Part shown: piece by piece, positions 60,989 to 64,000 of the stretch | Numbering within the stretch: position 1 is the first letter of the stretch | Layout: each line of letters begins with the position of its first letter | Source of the DNA: an uncultured Desulfosarcina sp. | GTDB lineage: Bacteria; Desulfobacterota; Desulfobacteria; Desulfobacterales; Desulfosarcinaceae | DNA: 64,000 nucleotides | NCBI GenBank assembly: GCA_963674945.2 | Contig: CAXXWQ010000003.1 | Coordinates: forward strand, 2,528,001-2,592,000 | Direction: 5' to 3' | Program-made: the position numbers and the translations under genes | The notes under the pieces: model-generated | The model's input: the letters and a program-made list of their open reading frames with translations, nothing else | Database searches by the model: none | Told to the model about the DNA's origin: nothing

Positions 60989-62326
60989 ATGAGACCAGTC
61001 AGGAGATTACAGGCTGATGTGATTATCGCAGGGGGAGGGCCTGGGGGGTGTGTCCTTGCCAAAGATCTGACCCGGCGGGGGAAAAAGGTCATCCTCGTGG
61101 AAAAGGGAAGAAATGACATGAAGGGTTACGGCAGTTTGTGGGGCCCGATCATGGGAAAACATGTAGAGTCCGGTCCGGGACTGGATCCGAGAAAGAGAAC
61201 CATCGAGGGCGACACAATTATCTGCGGAACGGGTGTTGGGGGAGGATCAAAAATATATGTAGGCGCGGCCTTTACACCCGATGAAGCCGCATGGAAAGAT
61301 GCGGGCGTCGATCTCGGTCCCTTTGTCCATGCCGCCATGGCAGAATCATGGGTAAACGAGGTTCCCGATGAGTTTTACGGCCCTGTAAATCGCCGTCTTA
61401 CCGAAACGGCAAACCTGCTCGGCCATCCCTGGAAACGGTTCACCAAGCATATCGATTACAACAAATGTGACCCAAATTGCCAAAAATGTTTCCTTGGATG
61501 CACCAGGGGTGCCAAATGGGGGGGGCAGTATCCTGCGAATGAGGCGGAAAAAGAGGGAGCCACCATACTTACCGGACTCACCGTGAGAGATGTCATCTCG
61601 GAAAACGGCGTAGCCGTCGGAATACGAGGACGGCATCGAAACGGAGAACCGTACGAAATCCATGGCGAGATCGTCATCCTGGCAGCCGGCGGGATCGGCA
61701 CCGCCAACATATTGCAGCGGTCGGGCGTATATAATGCCGGAATGTTGCTTGCCGGCGACCCGTCGCTCATGATGTGCGGCTTTCTTGATAAGGAACCGGG
61801 CCATTATAATGAGCATCCGATGGTAAATGGACATATGGATGATGAGCGTGGCGTTATTATTGCCGGCGGTTTTCCAGGCCCTCGCACTTTATGGCTATTC
61901 ACATTTTCGGAATACGAGGGAATATGGAAAACGATCAGAAAGATCGGCCGCTATAAAACGGTGGTCGGCGCATGGACCAAAACACACGATGATGGACTGG
62001 GGCGAGTCAGCCTCGATGGCAGTATTTCAAAAACCTTCACTACACCTGACTGGAAGAAACTGGATTATTCCAGATCGGTCATAGAAAGCATTCTCATCAA
62101 GATGGGGTGCGACCCCTACAATATCCTTCAGGGAAAAATCATCATCGGTCATCCAAGCGGAACCGCTCCGATTGGCAAGGTCGTGGACACGAATCTACAG
62201 ACGCCGATCAAGAACCTGTATTGCTGTGACACCAGCGTCTCACCGGGAGCACCCGGCAGGCCACCTACCCTCACAATCGTCACCCTTGCCAAACGTCTGG
62301 CGGCACATCTGGAGAATAAAATTTAA
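60989..62326 (+). CDS. GMC-family FAD-dependent oxidoreductase
   Basis: IIAGGGPGG, GVGGGS, a CxxCxxGC motif, ILAAGGIGT, HPSGT and PTLTIVTLA. Confidence 0.85.
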   Translation: MRPVRRLQADVIIAGGGPGGCVLAKDLTRRGKKVILVEKGRNDMKGYGSLWGPIMGKHVESGPGLDPRKRTIEGDTIICGTGVGGGSKIYVGAAFTPDEAAWKDAGVDLGPFVHAAMAESWVNEVPDEFYGPVNRRLTETANLLGHPWKRFTKHIDYNKCDPNCQKCFLGCTRGAKWGGQYPANEAEKEGATILTGLTVRDVISENGVAVGIRGRHRNGEPYEIHGEIVILAAGGIGTANILQRSGVYNAGMLLAGDPSLMMCGFLDKEPGHYNEHPMVNGHMDDERGVIIAGGFPGPRTLWLFTFSEYEGIWKTIRKIGRYKTVVGAWTKTHDDGLGRVSLDGSISKTFTTPDWKKLDYSRSVIESILIKMGCDPYNILQGKIIIGHPSGTAPIGKVVDTNLQTPIKNLYCCDTSVSPGAPGRPPTLTIVTLAKRLAAHLENKI

Positions 62327-62389
62327 AATTCACATATATTGCCAAAAAAGAATGAGAATGAATGCATTGAAAATAACGGAGGTTGAGAG

Positions 62390-62716
62390 ATGAGCGCACT
62401 GCAAGAACTGATTGACATAAGCAAAAGTGTTTCCAATCCAGCTATCGAGCAGTGGAAAACGGAAGGAAAGAAGATCGTCGGATTCTTCTGCCCCTATATC
62501 CCGGAGGAGGTTCTCTACGCAGCGGATGTACTGCCTTACAGACTGAGAACTCCGGGATGTACCGAGACAACCTCGGCAGACGTCTACATGAGCAACATCA
62601 ACTGCAGCCTCGTCCGTTCCTGTTTGCAGTATATTCTTGAAGGCAAATACGATCTTCCCGATGCGTCGCCAAGCGTTCAGGCCGTTTCCAAATTACTGCA
62701 AAAAATAGCCTTATGA
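62390..62716 (+). pseudogene. Truncated 2-hydroxyacyl-CoA dehydratase / benzoyl-CoA reductase subunit (HgdB-like N-terminus)
   Basis: WKTEGKKIVGFFCPYIPEEVLYAA and NCSLVRS; only 108 aa, far shorter than family members. Confidence 0.7.
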
Positions 62717-62757
62717 TATCTTACTCTTATAGAGTAATATGGAGGAAATACGCCCAA

Positions 62758-64000
62758 ATGCGAGCCATCAGTCGATTTTCAACGCAATACCCGAAAACAA
62801 TACTATTTCTCGTTTTTGTCATAACCGCTGTATCTATTTATCAGATTTATTCCAAGGCCTATGTTGAGACGGACATGACCAAATTTGTCCCCACTGATTT
62901 GCAGTCTGTCAAAGCCAATGACTATTATAGAAAGAATTTCAACTACAAAGAATCATTAATCATCGGTTTGGAAGCGAAAAACGGTCGCATCATGGAGCCG
63001 GATATACTCCGCGCCAATGAGAGTATTGTTCGGGATATCAAATCATTGAAAAAACGCAAAACCATAAAGAGCAAAATTACCGGTAAAACAGAAATCATAG
63101 CGTTGCCCATCGGAATCGATGGTGAAAATATCAGCAGTATATCCGGATTGGAGGATGGGATACTGGATAGGGAAACAGGGGCTGTGATTACAGGAAGTGT
63201 AATCGCCAAATTAAAAAAAGAGGCTGGAATTCCCTATACGAAAGAGAATGCTGAATTACTTCCTGAATCGGATGAAGATCTTAAGAAGATCATTCCGAGA
63301 TTGGAACAATATATTCTCAATGATCGCCTTTTCAAAGGCAATATTCTTTCGGAGGACGGAAAAGCCACTTCCATTGTTGTACCCATGGTGAACAAATGGC
63401 AATATATGCAGCTTTATACACAAAGAGAGCTGACAGCTGCCATGGACCCTGATGCTTTGAGAGCGAGGTTTCAGGGAAAAACATCTGTTTTTCCTTTTGA
63501 CGTCTTTGGAAAAACCATCGATAACGTTATTTATGATGATACTTTCATCTCTAAACATTCAGCGAAAGTAGCGAAAAAGCTGAAGGAATATCTTGAAAAA
63601 GAATTGAAGCCTTCATTTGAAAACCACCCCAATTTAAAGGAATTGATGTCCGGAAACATCACGCCCGAAAAGTATAATGAGATTATTCGAACTACCCAGG
63701 ATAAGAACTTTTTTATGAACCCAGACCTGGCCACCTGGGATAGTTATACCATCAAATTGTATGAATTCATGCTGGAAGTTATCGATCCTTTGAGTCGTGA
63801 AAACCTGCAATTTCAGTTGCCGGATGTGTATGGGATATATAATTTTTTATATGTCTATGAACGAATTCAAAAAATCCTGGAAAAACATCAAAACGTCGGT
63901 ATTAAAACCTATGTTGCGGGGCATCCTGTTGTTTCCGCCGTGATATCGCAGGTGATTAAAAAAGATATGTCGGTATTAATGCCCATCGGCTTTTTCTTAA
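62758..64000 (+). CDS. RND/MMPL-family exporter, 5' part; runs off the window
   Basis: Not in the ORF track. MRAISRFSTQYPKTILFLVF (TM1), VETDMTKFVP, then YVAGHPVV..VI..DMSVLMPI (start of TM2); GGAGG SD; no stop seen. Confidence 0.8.
   Translation, partial: MRAISRFSTQYPKTILFLVFVITAVSIYQIYSKAYVETDMTKFVPTDLQSVKANDYYRKNFNYKESLIIGLEAKNGRIMEPDILRANESIVRDIKSLKKRKTIKSKITGKTEIIALPIGIDGENISSISGLEDGILDRETGAVITGSVIAKLKKEAGIPYTKENAELLPESDEDLKKIIPRLEQYILNDRLFKGNILSEDGKATSIVVPMVNKWQYMQLYTQRELTAAMDPDALRARFQGKTSVFPFDVFGKTIDNVIYDDTFISKHSAKVAKKLKEYLEKELKPSFENHPNLKELMSGNITPEKYNEIIRTTQDKNFFMNPDLATWDSYTIKLYEFMLEVIDPLSRENLQFQLPDVYGIYNFLYVYERIQKILEKHQNVGIKTYVAGHPVVSAVISQVIKKDMSVLMPIGFFL

Overview
Bacterial chromosomal segment. 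Gene content and intergenic repeat style suggest a sulfate-reducing deltaproteobacterium (Desulfobacterales-like); this is an inference. 1-33.7 kb is GC-rich housekeeping DNA: Lon-like protease end, amidohydrolase, gltX, iorAB, KH protein, clpS-clpA-aat, secA, M23 peptidase, folD, argC, a liv-type ABC operon, holA-lspA-ileS, pxpBAC, a class IV aminotransferase and pdxST. 33.7-44.4 kb is an AT-rich accessory block. It holds a MalT-like STAND/TPR/wHTH-BTAD regulator, an 11-bp direct repeat resembling a SARP site, and five genes that all carry export signals: an acidic lipoprotein, a caspase-family protease, a tandem PA2779-like precursor with a hydrophobic tail, a TPR-C39 peptidase lipoprotein and a V8-like serine protease. 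This exported multi-protease cassette is the best candidate for an undescribed system. 44.4-54.6 kb has chimeric pseudogenes and two-component genes. 54.7-64 kb has an ABC transporter with a G1P-dehydrogenase-like gene, a GMC oxidoreductase, a truncated dehydratase subunit and the start of an RND/MMPL exporter. Three families of small intergenic repeats occur, one with covarying stems. No rRNA, tRNA or CRISPR array was seen. All protein calls are from motif recognition by eye; no database searches were run.
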